A DNA stretch of 60,632 bases, the filler included, from Sphacelaria rigidula (lineage: Eukaryota): assembly GCA_964200075.2 (NCBI GenBank). It is 10 parts of 10 records of this genome, joined end to end, with 100 filler letters (N's around TTAATTAATTAA, not from the genome) between each part and the next. Parts side by side here need not be neighbours in the genome. Positions count along the whole stretch, not along the records: positions 1 to 5,974 come from CAXNAA020023088.1; positions 6,075 to 12,048 come from CAXNAA020023089.1; positions 12,149 to 18,122 come from CAXNAA020023090.1; 7 more parts are not named here. One strand, given 5' to 3'. Numbering within the stretch: position 1 is the first letter of the stretch; the number at the start of each line of letters is the position of its first letter. The notes beneath the pieces were generated by a model that was given only the letters and a program-made list of their open reading frames with translations, searched no databases and was not told the origin of the DNA. A program made the position numbers and the translations under genes. Shown here one piece after another: positions 1-12,320 of this stretch.

Positions 1-83
1 GTTAGGAAAATAATCGGTTTTCAGGTATCACCAAAATGCCCTCAACTCATAAAAAAAAAAAAAACTTTTGGTACTTAAGTAAT

Positions 84-201
84 TTTTTTTCTTGTGCCCT
101 ATGCACTGTCCATACCAAATTTCAGGGCCCAACTCTAAATGTATAAAAGAACATGGGCCTGCAAACTTCAAATCCGCCTCTAGGCTGACCCAGCTCGTAG
201 T
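84..201 (-). repeat. Terminus of a dispersed DNA-transposon-like repeat (possibly CACTA/EnSpm-like)
   Basis: 'ccataccaaatttcaggg...gcctgcaaact...ctaggctgacccagctcgtagt' recurs at ~12197-12291 and ~15545-15666. The reverse-complement terminus occurs at 12321 and at 16964 (CACTACGGGCTGGGCC). Confidence 0.6.
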
Positions 202-470
202 CGTTAGACCTTTGACCACGCATCCCTTTCGAGACGGAGAACCGTCCCTACTCCTGATGGAGAAATCTCCAACATTTGGATGCTCGTGACGTTTCTTCCA
301 TACATTACACAAAAACCTTCTACATATCTCACCCCTCCCTGTTTCGCCATCTGTGGTCACCATCTACCAACTAGTATTGACATCGTTTTCTCGCTACTGT
401 CCAATGTATCCAACGATTCCATGCCGCCTCATTTTACTTCCCACATTTCCCCTTTGAGGGGGCGGGGGGT
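200..470 (-). mobile_element. Dispersed repeat, probable 3' end of a non-LTR retrotransposon ORF
   Basis: Encodes ...DRWWPQ...FLCNVWKKRHEHPNVG...SRKGCVV. A homologous copy lies at 11850-12048 (+). LINE assignment is inference. Confidence 0.6.
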
Positions 471-694
471 GGTTCTCATGACTCTGCATGCTGTAGTCAT
501 GACGTCATTGACTTCAGATCCCTACAAAGCCAGGACGAAGCACGCAAGGTTCTCGCCGAACCAGGCTCCCAATCATCAAGCACAAAGCGCTATGATGTGT
601 TCGGTACGTTGGCCAGAACACTCTCCGTTCCTTCAGCACAACACCAAGCAAGAGCAGCAAAAGCATGACATAAAACAACACCGTTCTCACTCGC

Positions 695-841
695 CTGGAA
701 AATCGGTAGCAAGCAGAGATCGCGGAAGCTGACCGCCGTCTTGCGGTGCTGCGGCAGGGTGCGTCCCGTGGTGGGAATATTAATCTCCTCCACCAGCTGG
801 TTCAAGATCTTGAGACCAATCACGTAGTGATCATTCGTCGC
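695..841 (-). CDS. XPO7: Internal exon of exportin-7 (RanBP16/17 family)
   Basis: 147 nt, phase 0/0, encodes ATNDHYVIGLKILNQLVEEINIPTTGRTLPQHRKTAVSFRDLCLLPIFQ, matching the conserved exportin-7 block 'DHYxIGLKILNQLVxExN...HR+xAxSFRDxxLxxIFQ'. Acceptor cag|GCG, donor CAG|gcgagt. Confidence 0.88.
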
Positions 842-2838
842 CTGTGTACGTGCGTACGTGCGTGCGTGCACGCGCGCGCGACGCACGTGTGTGTATGGAG
901 CATGACGATTACTTCGACTACATTCGTTGACCTCGGCGTGAGCTGCTCCTCGCAAAACCATCATTTACACGCGTACCGCTCCTTCATTCGAGCCTTCCTC
1001 TTGCACTTGGCATAAACATACGGTTTTAACCACAAAATTTGTGAGCAGGCATTTCAGGCGCGATGCAGAGGAGAAAAGCCCACCTCTGGTCCAGCAATGG
1101 GTACCGACGCGCAGGCACATGAGACTGTACATACCGAGACCCAGCCGGTGGGGTACTTCAGCCGCAATCCGCGACAACATACTACATCTGTGCTTTTGTG
1201 AAAACCCACGCGAAGCAATGAAACACTCGAGAAACTCTGTATCTTCCACGAATCACGACAGTGCGCACACAAGATTCTGAGGCATTGGTGATCCGTGGTG
1301 CACGCCGGGGCATCGCGAGAGGGTCGTACTGATCATACTCCGGTAATCCAAAAACCCATCGAGATTTTTGCGCGTATGTGTATGTCCTACGGGCGACGCC
1401 AATTGGCAACACTATGCGCCAACGAAACACAGGCTACCGCAGGTGAGGGCCATGCTCGCGTCCCGCTGTTTGAGTCTAACTTTGTGCGTGTAGTGCGGAG
1501 CACACATGGGTTGCTTGCAACAAAGAGGGGTCTCGCGGGGACGGGGTCAGCCAGCAAGCTGCCCCTTTCTGGGGGTGGGGGTGGGGGGGGAACCTTCGCG
1601 CAAACAGTTCAAAGGGCCGAGGTCTACCGGAACGAGGTCTGCGGGAACTCAAGGAACGTCAGGGGCGTACTTTCCACACATTTGCATTCGCTGAATCAAA
1701 CCTCCGAATTTCCTCCGTCTGTTCCCCTCGTGTAATCCTTCTCTTTCTCCTTTACATTTTGTCTCCATCCGTGAAACAGGAGAGGTGCCAAAACCTTGCC
1801 ACTATCTATCTATATATATATATGTTCATCACACCTTGGACATAATATGGTCAATAGTTGTTATAGACAAGAAACGTACAGCAGAAAGTACAGACCTATT
1901 GCGACTATTGTCAGCCGGCAATAGTTGCAATAGGCCTATACTTGATGCAGTACACTTCTATTGCATCTTTTGACCATATTTTGTCCAGGGTGTGATGTAT
2001 ATGCGCCGTCCATAGAGGAACCCTTTCCACACTAGAGTGCGCAAGCAGACTTCCACTAGTCAGCATCAATTCTCCAACTTATCGTGTTTCCGGTCAGCAG
2101 TGAGCTCTCGGTGCCGGACCAGAATATACCGACACTAACGTCCCCTCCAAAATAACCACTTATAGTTTGCAATAACAGTTTACAGTGCATTCATGACAAT
2201 TTTTCGGAACAATGACACACCCCTTCCTCGGGACAAGTTCGTGATCTCAGGGGATCGACCGATATTCTCCCCGGACTGCCTGCGTCCCAAAAACATTCAA
2301 CGTGGCATGGACGGAAGCTGTGGTCGTTTCGGGGATACATATGTTTCATCATTCCGTTTCGCTTCGTCAAAAAACGCCAAAATAAGAGTACGACAAAGTG
2401 GACTGCTTCGATTCCCCTAAACGTTGATCACGCTACCGTTCCCTCCTTTTTGTACTCGAATGTGGCCTTCCTTCAAAATAGGCGGTTCATGGTGTCGGAC
2501 TCAGAGGGCTGACCGGCTTCACTATCCCACACAGCAAAAACGGCATTTCTTCCCCTAGATGTCACACAGGGTCAACACGGAGAATACCAGCTGTGACTCG
2601 ATTTCAACCCTCTGACCGGCTGGGTGGGATATCTGCGGAATGGACTTCATTTCCAGTTGCAAAGTGACTGCAAGGCAACCTTTATTTGCTTGTCAGGTTT
2701 ACCATATGGCACAGCTACGTCAGACCCCTAGTTTCGATACGTGACAGACACTAGAATAGCCAAACTGACAACGTTGGTGAAGTTGGATTTGGTATGGGGG
2801 TGCATGGTTTAACGGGGTGATACTACAGTATATCGAGC

Positions 2839-3610
2839 GGGTGTTACCTACCGTTTCGCCCTATTGTGCTCTCATGACGATGACCCTAAATATAATAGAC
2901 GTGTCATAGTAATAGCAAAATATTTGGAGTACTCATGAGCGGGAAAAAAACGGAAACCTCCCCTCCTCCTGTGGAGACAATTTCAACAAATGCTCCCCGC
3001 CAACGCTCCTTCCGCAGGGGGTGATATCAACCGTCTTGGCCTGTAACTTGCGAACGGCGGTGCCCTTAGAAACGGGAAATTTATCACGGAAACGTTGACA
3101 CCCTGCCCTGATGATTCGCGTACACATCTTCTCCCACCAAAGGGATGCAACGGTTCCATTTCCACCCCCACGCACGCTCCGGGGGTGCTATCTAACGTTT
3201 TTGGCTAATGGCGCGTGAACGACGATGTTCCCGGAGAGTGAACAGGTATCGTGATGACTACCATGACACAATCCATGAATTTGTGGGGACACCTTATCTC
3301 CCCCCTACACCAGGGGTGAAATAATTTCAATCCCTGCCCGCAACCGCTTGGGGGGGAGGGGTATCTGTCGTTTCGGCCTATAACGTGGAAGGATGATCCC
3401 TGTGGGGATCGGAAAGGTATCACCAGTATGCTTACACCATACCCCATTGGGTAGTGGTGATCCCTTACCTTGACGCCTTGGGGATAAATTGTTTTCATCC
3501 CCTTCTCACACACGCTCAGAAGGGGTGTTATCTGACGTTTTGGCCAGTAGCGTACAAAGGACGATGTTCCTGGGGACGGGAGAGATATCAGCGTGACCAC
3601 ATGTCACTAC
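2839..3610 (+). repeat. Diverged tandem repeat, ~165-180 bp unit, ~5 copies
   Basis: Motif 'ggggtgytatct.acgttttggcc' at ~2839, 3017, 3181, 3355 and 3521, with shared downstream 'gacgatgttcc...ggtatc'. Confidence 0.65.
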
Positions 3611-3758
3611 GACCACCATGTCCTGCCGAATTCATTCATGATGACTCCTCGCCCTTCGTACCCCAGGGATGGCATACAGACTGGTTCGGGGTAAATGCTA
3701 AAAATGTATCCCCCACTAGATACAGAACACAAAAACTGACCCGAGATGAACACATTTG

Positions 3759-3817
3759 CAAGGGTCGGGACAAATAATGATTTGTCTGAAAATTACTTAG
3801 TTTTAGTATGGCGAGTC
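3759..3817 (+). repeat. Dispersed direct repeat (second copy 5915-5974 at contig end)
   Basis: caagggtcgg(g)acaaat(c)aatgatt.gtctg.aaattactt.gttttagtat present in both. Confidence 0.8.
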
Positions 3818-5974
3818 GACTCGTGACGAATCAAGCCCTAGGCTTAGTTTCAGCGTTGCAACCCAGGTACACGCAGCTCCGACACGTGGAATGGCGAAAA
3901 ACTTGCGTGGATACCCCTTGGAGCAGCGATCAACTTTTTGCTCCCTCTTGGGCAATCAGGCCGACGAGATCGTGAATTTGGTGATTTTAAGTCGTGATGA
4001 TTTGTCCTAACCGTGCATATTTGGTGTCATCGTGACCCCCACGAGCAAGCTCAAAGTGCGACATGGCCACATTTTTCTTGCGTCCTTTGCCGTGGCGCTG
4101 GTGGTGAAAATATTTCTCGGCCAATCAGCGGCCTTAAAATTGCTCTGAGACTGAATATGCGAATTTCCGACTCAATTTGTACCCAATCTCGGTACGAGTA
4201 AAACATTAGTAACCGCCATCACCTGGGGAGTCTAACGCGAAAAAACACAATTGAAAGCGATTTGTATGGGATTGAGTTATACCCCCAAACGTGGCATTTC
4301 GGTGACTTGGGGTTTTGGCCTTGTCAATTTTTTACTCATAGCAATGAAGCTACGTGCAGCACAGAGTAGGGAGGAATCGCCGCGGGATACGGAGGTCATG
4401 TGAGAACGGTCGTTTTGTGTTGACGGAGCTTCAGCAGATACAGAAGCGAGTTTTATCCTGCGTGATGCATACGCCCCCAAAATCTCCGCCGAGCCCGTCC
4501 AACCATGAGTATGGACTGCTACACTTGTCACACTCCAGAAACAACCTTCATATTTCTGTCTGATCGACTGAAGCGCCCGACATGCCATAAGGACGTGTCT
4601 CGGTACATTTTTTTCGATCGCGTAAGGTAGAAAGAGGGAAATCTCAATCTGATAGGTCGTGATTTTAGCTATGTCGTAATTTATGTTGAAACCACCACCT
4701 GTCAGATTGAGATTTCTCTTTTTCGCCGCACTTCCCCAAAAAAATAATTTGCCAAGAAACGCTATAAGAGGGTCATAAACGTAACTAATTGCCATACTTC
4801 AAATGTCCGCGGGATTATCCAGCCGGATTATCAGACAGCAAATCCGTGGGCTTCGAAAATGAGAGGGTACGTCCGCCATCACACGAATTGCCCGAGTGTG
4901 ATTCCGGGTGCCAGCGCAGCCACGGGCTCGTCACGGTGTGCAAGGGCATGGCCTCGCGATTGACGACAAGGGGATCGCTGACAAGAAACGGTTGGTTTGA
5001 TTGTTTGTTGCATATCAACTGATGTCTCAGGCACCCAGCCGTGGTTACATGATATGGTACATATTCAAAAGTATATGTACATCGTATCGGAGCCTAGCGT
5101 GGTACGGGTGAGTGGGTGGTACAGTACAGTAGAGCCAAGTACTGGTTCATCGTACATCGCATGACTTGACAGATGTGTTCATATATACAAGACCTCATCC
5201 AAAAGCATAAAAAGTCGTCAAACTACCGAAGGAAGATGCTGCAAGCTCCACACTGTGGAACGACCGTCGCCTACAACGGGGCTGTAGCAGCTTGCAGGGG
5301 CACATGCACACGACGAACCATTTTGATCATCACTGCGGTCGTGACCCAGCAAGCGCGGAACAACTCGACAAACGCAGTAGCAACTAATAACAGATAGGGG
5401 GGGAGTGGGGGTGAGGGGGTACTCCTAAACTTTGTTCCAGAGGAAAATTGAAAGTATTTCAACTTCCATGCATGAATGAGTACAAAAACTATTTCGAGAA
5501 AAACGCGTCACAGTACAGTACGTCAGCTCATGTCAGAAAATACTGTACCAAGGAGTTGGCTTGAAAAGCTTGACGAGCAATGCGTGAACTCTTTGACAAG
5601 TCAGAGAGTGCGTCATCTGCCAAATCGTCAGTCATTTCACTTGAAAAATCGACGTAAGGTCCTGATGGTAGATAGCCACTCGGATAAAAACTCGAATTAG
5701 GCAGTTAATATTATACTCAACACGATGCCGATTCGAACGATGCGCACGTCCCGGTGGTACTCGTAGAAGGCTCAACTTTTCATGGTATTTTGGTAGGTAC
5801 CTTGTATTCATTTTGCAGTATTTTGAAAAAAAAATGATTAAAAAACCAAGAAAACCGGCGAGAACGAAAGCTCACATAGAGCGGAATCAACTGAAAATTC
5901 ATAACACGTTGATACAAGGGTCGGACAAATCAATGATTCGTCTGGAAATTACTTGGTTTTAGTATAAGTGATTC

Positions 5975-6074
5975 NNNNNNNNNNNNNNNNNNNNNNNNNN
6001 NNNNNNNNNNNNNNNNNNTTAATTAATTAANNNNNNNNNNNNNNNNNNNNNNNNNNNNNNNNNNNNNNNNNNNN
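5975..6074. other. Artificial contig linker (N44-TTAATTAATTAA-N44)
   Basis: 100-nt spacer with stops in all six frames, identical at nine positions in the window. Confidence 0.99.
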
Positions 6075-7596
6075 AATTTGGACAATCTTTGAGAAACTAA
6101 GAAATTACGGATTCTGCATACTTCTGACGCTGACTACTGTAATACAGGGGGGGGGGAAATCAAGATGGAGCGGGGAGATTGAAGGATACCGTACAGATCA
6201 GAGAAGTTATGCACCTTGTCATGTTTGGCCACATGTAGGGCATAGTGGTGCACGAGACTATGCACATGGGAATCACGTCGAGGAGTATATATCTTTGCTC
6301 ACTAAAAGAGAAGTGAGAATATATGAATATATGTAAAAGTGACGAGAGCGAGGTACAGGGGTGACCATAACCGACAAATATAGCCAATAAAGGTAACGCC
6401 CGTGGCAAGTAGAGACAGACAAGTATACCTTATCCTACTTACTGCATTGGGCCGGTTAAGGGTACACAACAGCTCTGGTGGATGACCCGCGACTCTGCAG
6501 TTGTGCTGAAAACACTATTCCGCTTGTTTTTGCAGGCTCCACTTGCGGTAGCGGGACGAAGAGTGTTCTCGGCACAAAAAAAAAGGGGGAGCCAAAATCG
6601 GGTCGAAGTCCACGTCGTACTCGACATGCGACAAAACCTCACCAACAACAACGAACACTGAAGCGAACCACAATGACGACCTCCATATTTTTCTGGCCAC
6701 GGCCTCCAAACAAATATACCAGGTATATATATATATACATATATGTTGCGCGTGTGCTTTGCTCGCGTTGTAAAATATCAACGGTAAAATTGTATCATAA
6801 TCAGGTGAGCCATGAATCTCGTCACGAATAATGGTCATTATTTTTGCTGTGCTCTGGTATGACACACCGCCTGTTTTCACTACGGTACTACGTACACATC
6901 TCTTCTCGTATCACTCTCGTATCAGCAACGAGCCTGCAGGAGCAAAGCGAGGGGACATTTACGTGGATAGATAGATAAACGGGACATACAGTGAACAAAA
7001 ATGAGCGATCAAATACGCACACGCCTCTTTTTATTGCGGAGTTTGCGCCATCGCTACAATGCCTCCGTACGTACGTACACACAGATATTCATTAATGAAA
7101 GGGGCAACGAGCGATGATAAACCTCGCCCCACACGGCTGATTCTTGGAATCCCTTTGACTGAGCGAGATTTTGTGGATACTCACTACTGCACGAGTAATC
7201 AACCATATAAATCAAGTCTTCACGGAAGCTTTCATCGGCATGAATGACCTGGAGTATGACATATGTACCTCGCAATCACGAGGCATGTGTACTTGTCGCT
7301 GTCGCATTCTTCTACAGTGTACAAGCAAAAAACAAAAATCACTGTAAGCACAAGGGCTGACGGAGTGCTGATAGTCATTATCCAATTGTCGACCATAAAG
7401 CGCGAGGAAGGCACTGGGAGAGAAAGATCGGTTTCTCCCTTCAGTGTACGGACTCGTCCCGACGAGGGGGGTTAAAGACATAAGACAATCAATGATTCAA
7501 TAACTCATCAAGTCATCAAGTCATCAAGTCATCAAGTCAATACGTCTATCACTAACGCACCAAACCACTTAATCACAAAATCAATAAGCAATGTAC

Positions 7597-7690
7597 CTTT
7601 CCCTGGTCGTCCCTCAGAGCGGCAACGAAAAACTGGTTCCAGAACGGCGTCCCATCAGCCTTATAGTTCATCAAGCACACCGAGGTGTCC
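7597..7690 (-). CDS. AUREO: Aureochrome-like LOV photoreceptor, third visible exon
   Basis: tag|G GAC ACC...AAG|gtacat, 94 nt, encodes (R)DTSVCLMNYKADGTPFWNQFFVAALRDDQGK with the LOV 'NY+xDGxxFWN' motif. Phase matches the upstream exon (CG+G = Arg). Confidence 0.93.
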
Positions 7691-9039
7691 CTACCGACAT
7701 ACACGTTGTAGAGCACGAAATGATGCATGCACCATACACAGGGTTAGGAGACAAGAGACAGAGGAGAAGGATTAGAATATCCTACTACCAAAAGCCAACG
7801 ACATATTCATTTGTTTTCGTCAAGGTCTGCGAGCCTTCCTCGTGTTAATAAGAGCATGTGACAATATCTGCCCAACTTTTCAGGCAAAGCCGCCGCGCCC
7901 TTGCTGAAAATGCTATGATAGCTCACTCCTTATCGATGGATTCTAACGAAGCACCGCCACTTCCACTAGTACCACCAACCAAAAATGCAATTCCTGAACA
8001 AAATTGTACGTATAAATTTACTCGCAAAATGACGAATTCAAAGATTGACACCCCATCCGTGCGGGTACGAAAATCACCCGGCTGATCCTAATTAACCAAC
8101 CGCCCATGCGTCTTCAGGTATCATCATCATCATCATCACCATCATCATTGCTCCCATGTGTCACTGCCGCAAGCAAATACGCGGTTGTGGCACGCTAGTT
8201 TGAACACATAAAACGCACACACACAACACACATGAAAACGTGTCTCCCCGTCGTGACTACGTAGTTTAATATTTTCCAACTCATCAATATATTGAATGAA
8301 TTCATCACGCGACTGGACTATCAATATGATGCATGGGTCATCATTTTGCGACTCGGCCACAAATATTCACGGCTGGATACACGTTGCTCGCTGCTCATCT
8401 ACATCGTGTGAACCGTGTACAATAGTACGATTGATTCCATGTGTGTATATCCATACATTTCATGGTCCAACATCATCTTCCAATATACCTATGCCACGTA
8501 TACATCTGGAGATGAAAGTGAGCGGGGGATCACCGAGCCATTCCACGCTCGTAGAGGGTGACCGCAACATCGGGGCTCATGTGTGTGATTGTATAATGAC
8601 ACACTCTTGTACGTGCATCTCCGCGAGGTAAAAGCGTCATCAGGCTACCGATATGCTGCTGAATATATCGAAACCAAGACCATGACTGTCGGGCACTCTT
8701 TTTTGCCTCAACTAACGTCTCGGAGTGGCTGCTTCGGGCAAAGATTTGGTCGACTCCCCCCCCCCCCCTCCTCTTCACTGATCGGATGCCTCGATTGCAC
8801 GTATTCTTGCACACACCGGATCATGACAATATACAATATTGCGTACGCTGGATAGTGGCAATAGACAACCTTGGCGAATATGGTACTGCGCATATCCAAT
8901 CAATTGTCCAGTGCTATCGTGAAAAGGTGATTCCTCCACGGCCACTTTTGGAAATTCTTCCCTTCTATGCGGTGGTTCTTACACCACCCCCCTCTTGTGT
9001 GAGCATCTTTTGTTCTTGTAACGAGAAGAGGCTTGTATG

Positions 9040-9322
9040 ACTAACCTTTTTCGCCGGTTAGCGGTGAGGATATACGCCTTTTTTAACATATATTTTCTAC
9101 GTGTGTTGGGTCCCCAAGCCAACAATCTCAATAGAAGATGTTCCCGTGAGTCTCTGAACTCTGCTACGAAGTCCATCCACCAGTTGTGTGATTGGTCCTC
9201 CTCCACCACTTTGACAACTAATTTGTCCCGACTTAACTTAAAATCGCTTTTTGGTGGGAGCCGGGATTCGAACCCGGTACCTTCTGATCATGAAGCGAAC
9301 GAGATATCTCATGGTGTCGCCG
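9040..9322 (-). mobile_element. tRNA-derived SINE-like element in the aureochrome intron
   Basis: Minus strand has an intact T-arm/B-box ccggg-ttcgaat-cccgg followed by ctcccACCA (9252-9277). The 5' tRNA half is degenerate. Body boundaries are approximate. Confidence 0.55.
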
Positions 9323-9455
9323 ATGTGAAGAGGTGATTCCTCGACGGACACTTGTGGGAATGTTTTCCTTTTTTATGCGGTGGTTTCCTCACTCCTGTTT
9401 GCAGTAGTATTTTGCCAATGCAATCTGTTGTCCAGGGTGTGTACTCTCGACTCAC

Positions 9456-9514
9456 CGTCCCTCTGCCACGCCCCGTCTGACGATGTCGATCGCCCTTGGA
9501 TCTGTTCCAGGTCC
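9456..9514 (-). CDS. AUREO: Aureochrome-like LOV photoreceptor, second visible exon
   Basis: cag|GGA CCT...GGA CG|gtgagt, 59 nt, encodes GPGTDPRAIDIVRRGVAEG(R). Confidence 0.92.
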
Positions 9515-9913
9515 CTGTCCGGTCCGTTCACAAATCAAACCCAATAAAAAATCGTTTCAATGCCTTGCACTTCTTGTCAATCACGTCTCAGATAAGGGAT
9601 CCAGCCCCGATCAAAAACGGGACCGAACAAATATTTTCGACATTTTCTCTTTGAGAACCGAGACTCTGCGGCAAACCACAACTCGAACCGAGCAGATTGT
9701 GTCCCAATATCTTAAATGCTGTACACGATTCAGGCAGAAAAAGATGTACGCGAATAACAAAAAAAAAAACATCGCGGTAAGTCAAGAAAACGAATATTGT
9801 AACCAATACCGTCCGAGAATATGTCATCTGCCATCCCATCTCTTCATACAGTAGTGCCATGTTCCGAGGAAAAATGAACCGCCTCACACAAACAACAACA
9901 AAAAAATTGTCAC

Positions 9914-9979
9914 CTGTAGAAAGCGGCAGTTCCTTCCGATGACCGATTGTATCGTGTAGCCCGTCAACGTCAAAAAGCC
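9914..9979 (-). CDS. AUREO: Aureochrome-like LOV photoreceptor, first visible exon (photoactive Cys)
   Basis: gacag|GGC...CAG|gtgaca, 66 nt, encodes GFLTLTGYTIQSVIGRNCRFLQ containing the canonical LOV GxNCRFLQ motif. Confidence 0.95.
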
Positions 9980-10580
9980 CTGTCATTGCGTTATTTTCCA
10001 AGATTTCCCCCCATTTTTTGGTGTGTAGTTCACAGTCGAAACGAAAGGGAGACGATGAATGCCGGGCAACGAGACCAAAGACACGTGGGGAGAGAAAGTT
10101 CGTATTAGCTGGAAAATACAAGTGATCAACCTTTCAAAATGCGCGGTGTATCGATCCTCTCGATTATGACGGAACACACACACGTGTAAAAGAAGAGGGA
10201 AAGAAATCCTTGCCCCCCATTACTTGAAAAAACAAGAAGTACGCATAGCTGGTGTCGAGGGCAAGTCGCCAGGGAATACAAAAAATATCGATTTCTGTGC
10301 ATGCCGCAACCTCTTGCATGTGAGATTGACGAATACCCCTCCTCTGAAAATGATTGATATATACCGGCACTTCTTCTTTCACGATAACTGAATCCGCGAC
10401 CAATCTCGACTTAGTTACAACACAGTGCACGTCAAGTACGTTGTCAAGATGATCACACGGAAACATTCGCTTCAGGGAACGAAGAGATTGAATGAATAAA
10501 TGAAGCAAGACAAACAAAGAATGAGGAAAAAGCAGTATAATATGACCTCTGTGCAGTGGTTTTGATTCTTGTTTTTTTTA

Positions 10581-10968
10581 CGTCGCTCCTTACAACAGAC
10601 AAAACCAAGAAATCTGGAAAAGTGCCTTCTTGGAGCTTTTACGTCGTTTTACGCCCTATAACACAGCTAGGCGGAGCTTGACAACTTGGAATGACTTGCT
10701 CTACTAGTTGAGGCGATCCCAGGACATCTTCCCGTTTTTTAGATTTGACTGTTTTTTACCGTTCTTGGACGAAAATCCTTGTTTGGCCAACATGAAAACT
10801 GCGGCCACCGGAAAACGAGAAGATGTCCTGGAACCGCCTCAACTAGTGGAGCAAGTCATTCCAAGGTGTCAAACTCCGCCTAGCTCCCTGTTGGGGCATG
10901 AAACGACGTAAAAGCTCCAAAAAGGCACATTTCCAGGTTTTTAGTTTTGTCTCTCATAAGGAGCGGCC
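10581..10968. mobile_element. Long-TIR palindromic MITE (PIF/Harbinger Tourist-like)
   Basis: ~155-bp imperfect inverted arms (cgctcctta...gagcttttacgtcgttt...ctagttgaggcg..ccaggacatcttc / gaagatgtcctgg..cgcctcaactag...aaacgacgtaaaagctc...taaggagcg). Right end is GCGGCC, flanks are tta and tca. Confidence 0.75.
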
Positions 10969-11220
10969 TCAGTCTACTCCTTCTGTCTTGTTTCAGCTTT
11001 TTTTTTTCTCCATCTCTGTATTCCCCTCGCGAGCGTTGCCCGTTTAGCTTGGGTAGTTCGTCGATTTCGTCACCACGGCTGGGTCCCCCGGGTCTCAGTT
11101 GCATCTGCGACAACCGATCGATCTACCGAACAACCGAACACTTCATCAACCAACCAACCAACCAACCAATCAACCGATCATTCAGTCAACCATTCAATCA
11201 GTCAATTAACCAAGCAACTA

Positions 11221-11708
11221 ATCAACCGAATCGATCGATCCATCGATCTAATCAATCAAATCAATATATTCATTCGAATCAAACGAACCTTTTGCGTGGT
11301 AGAGCGCCCACAAGCAACCCGGACAAAAACGGTCCGCCTCATAGGGATTTCTTTGTCGACCAACACAAGGCAAGTCATATCCCGGTTTCCCCTGAAGAAG
11401 CAATTCTCTTGATTCTAGAGTGGACGCTGATATTCGGACCTCCGAAGGGCCAATTAATCCATCAATCGAATCGATCCATCCATCGATCGAAGCAATCGAA
11501 GCAATCGAAGCAATCGAAGCAATCGAAGCATTCGAATCAAACAAACATTTTGCGTGGAAGAGCGCCTGCAATCAACCCGGACAAAAACGGTCCGCCTAAT
11601 AGGATTCATTTTTCGACCAACACAAGGCAAGTCATATCCCGGTTTCCCCTTAAAAAAATACTTCACTTGATTCTAGAGTGGACGCTGACATTCGGATCTT
11701 CGAAGGGC
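11221..11708 (+). repeat. Tandem duplication (~240 bp x2) with CAAT/AAGCAATCG simple repeats
   Basis: 'ttttgcgtgg.agagcgcc...acccggacaaaaacggtccgcct...caacacaaggcaagtcatatcccggtttcccct...ttgattctagagtggacgctga..ttcgga..t.cgaagggc' occurs twice. Confidence 0.9.
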
Positions 11709-11849
11709 TGACGGTCCCAGGTATTCGTCAGCGCGCGCACAACCACAGGCGATTTTTGCCTGATTTGCGCAAGCGGCGCCGAAGTGGGCACTGCAAACGA
11801 ATGTACTTGCCGCCCAAAGCACCTACCCTCTGGACCCCTCCTCCCCCCC

Positions 11850-12048
11850 CTTCCCCGATGGCTATACTAGAAGATAGATGGTGGCCAGAGACGGCGAAAC
11901 AGGATGGGGATAAAATATGTAAAAGTTTTTTGTGTAATGTATGGAAGAAACGTCATGAGCGCCGGAATGTTCGAGGTGGCTCTATTAGGAGTAGGAACGG
12001 TGCTCCGTCTCGAAAGGGATGCGTGGTCAATGGTCAAACGACTAAGGC
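11850..12048 (+). mobile_element. Second copy of the DRWWP/CNVWKKR retroelement-like repeat, cut by contig end
   Basis: Encodes ILEDRWWPETAKQDGDKICKSFLCNVWKKRHERRNVRGGSIRSRNGAPSRKGCVVNGQ, homologous to 200-470. Confidence 0.65.
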
Positions 12049-12148
12049 NNNNNNNNNNNNNNNNNNNNNNNNNNNNNNNNNNNNNNNNNNNNTTAATTAA
12101 TTAANNNNNNNNNNNNNNNNNNNNNNNNNNNNNNNNNNNNNNNNNNNN
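12049..12148. other. Artificial contig linker
   Basis: Same N44-TTAATTAATTAA-N44 spacer. Confidence 0.99.
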
Positions 12149-12192
12149 TGATTCTCATTTCAAAATACGTTCTCATTTTTCTGGCAACCCTG
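12149..12192 (-). mobile_element. hAT-like TIR end (CAGGGTTGCCAG family), truncated at contig start
   Basis: Identical to 48617-48660 and near-identical reverse complement of 18000-18043. Confidence 0.7.
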
Positions 12193-12320
12193 TTCATTGT
12201 CCATGCCAAATTTCAGGGTTCAACTCCAAGTATTGGCCGTATAATGGGCCTGCAAACTACAGAATCGCTTCTCGGCTGGCCCAGCTCGTAGCAATTTCGA
12301 ATTTTATATCGAAGAGTAAG

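Noticed and set aside
6019..6030. TTAATTAATTAA as a biological motif
   Set aside because: Artificial six-frame stop linker embedded in Ns. ORFs containing X runs are artefacts.
9252..9322. Functional tRNA gene
   Set aside because: Only the T-arm and 3' end are intact; acceptor, D and anticodon stems do not pair convincingly.
10947..11711. 254-aa ORF as a gene
   Set aside because: Made of a MITE end, CAAT microsatellites and a tandem duplication, and antisense to the aureochrome gene.
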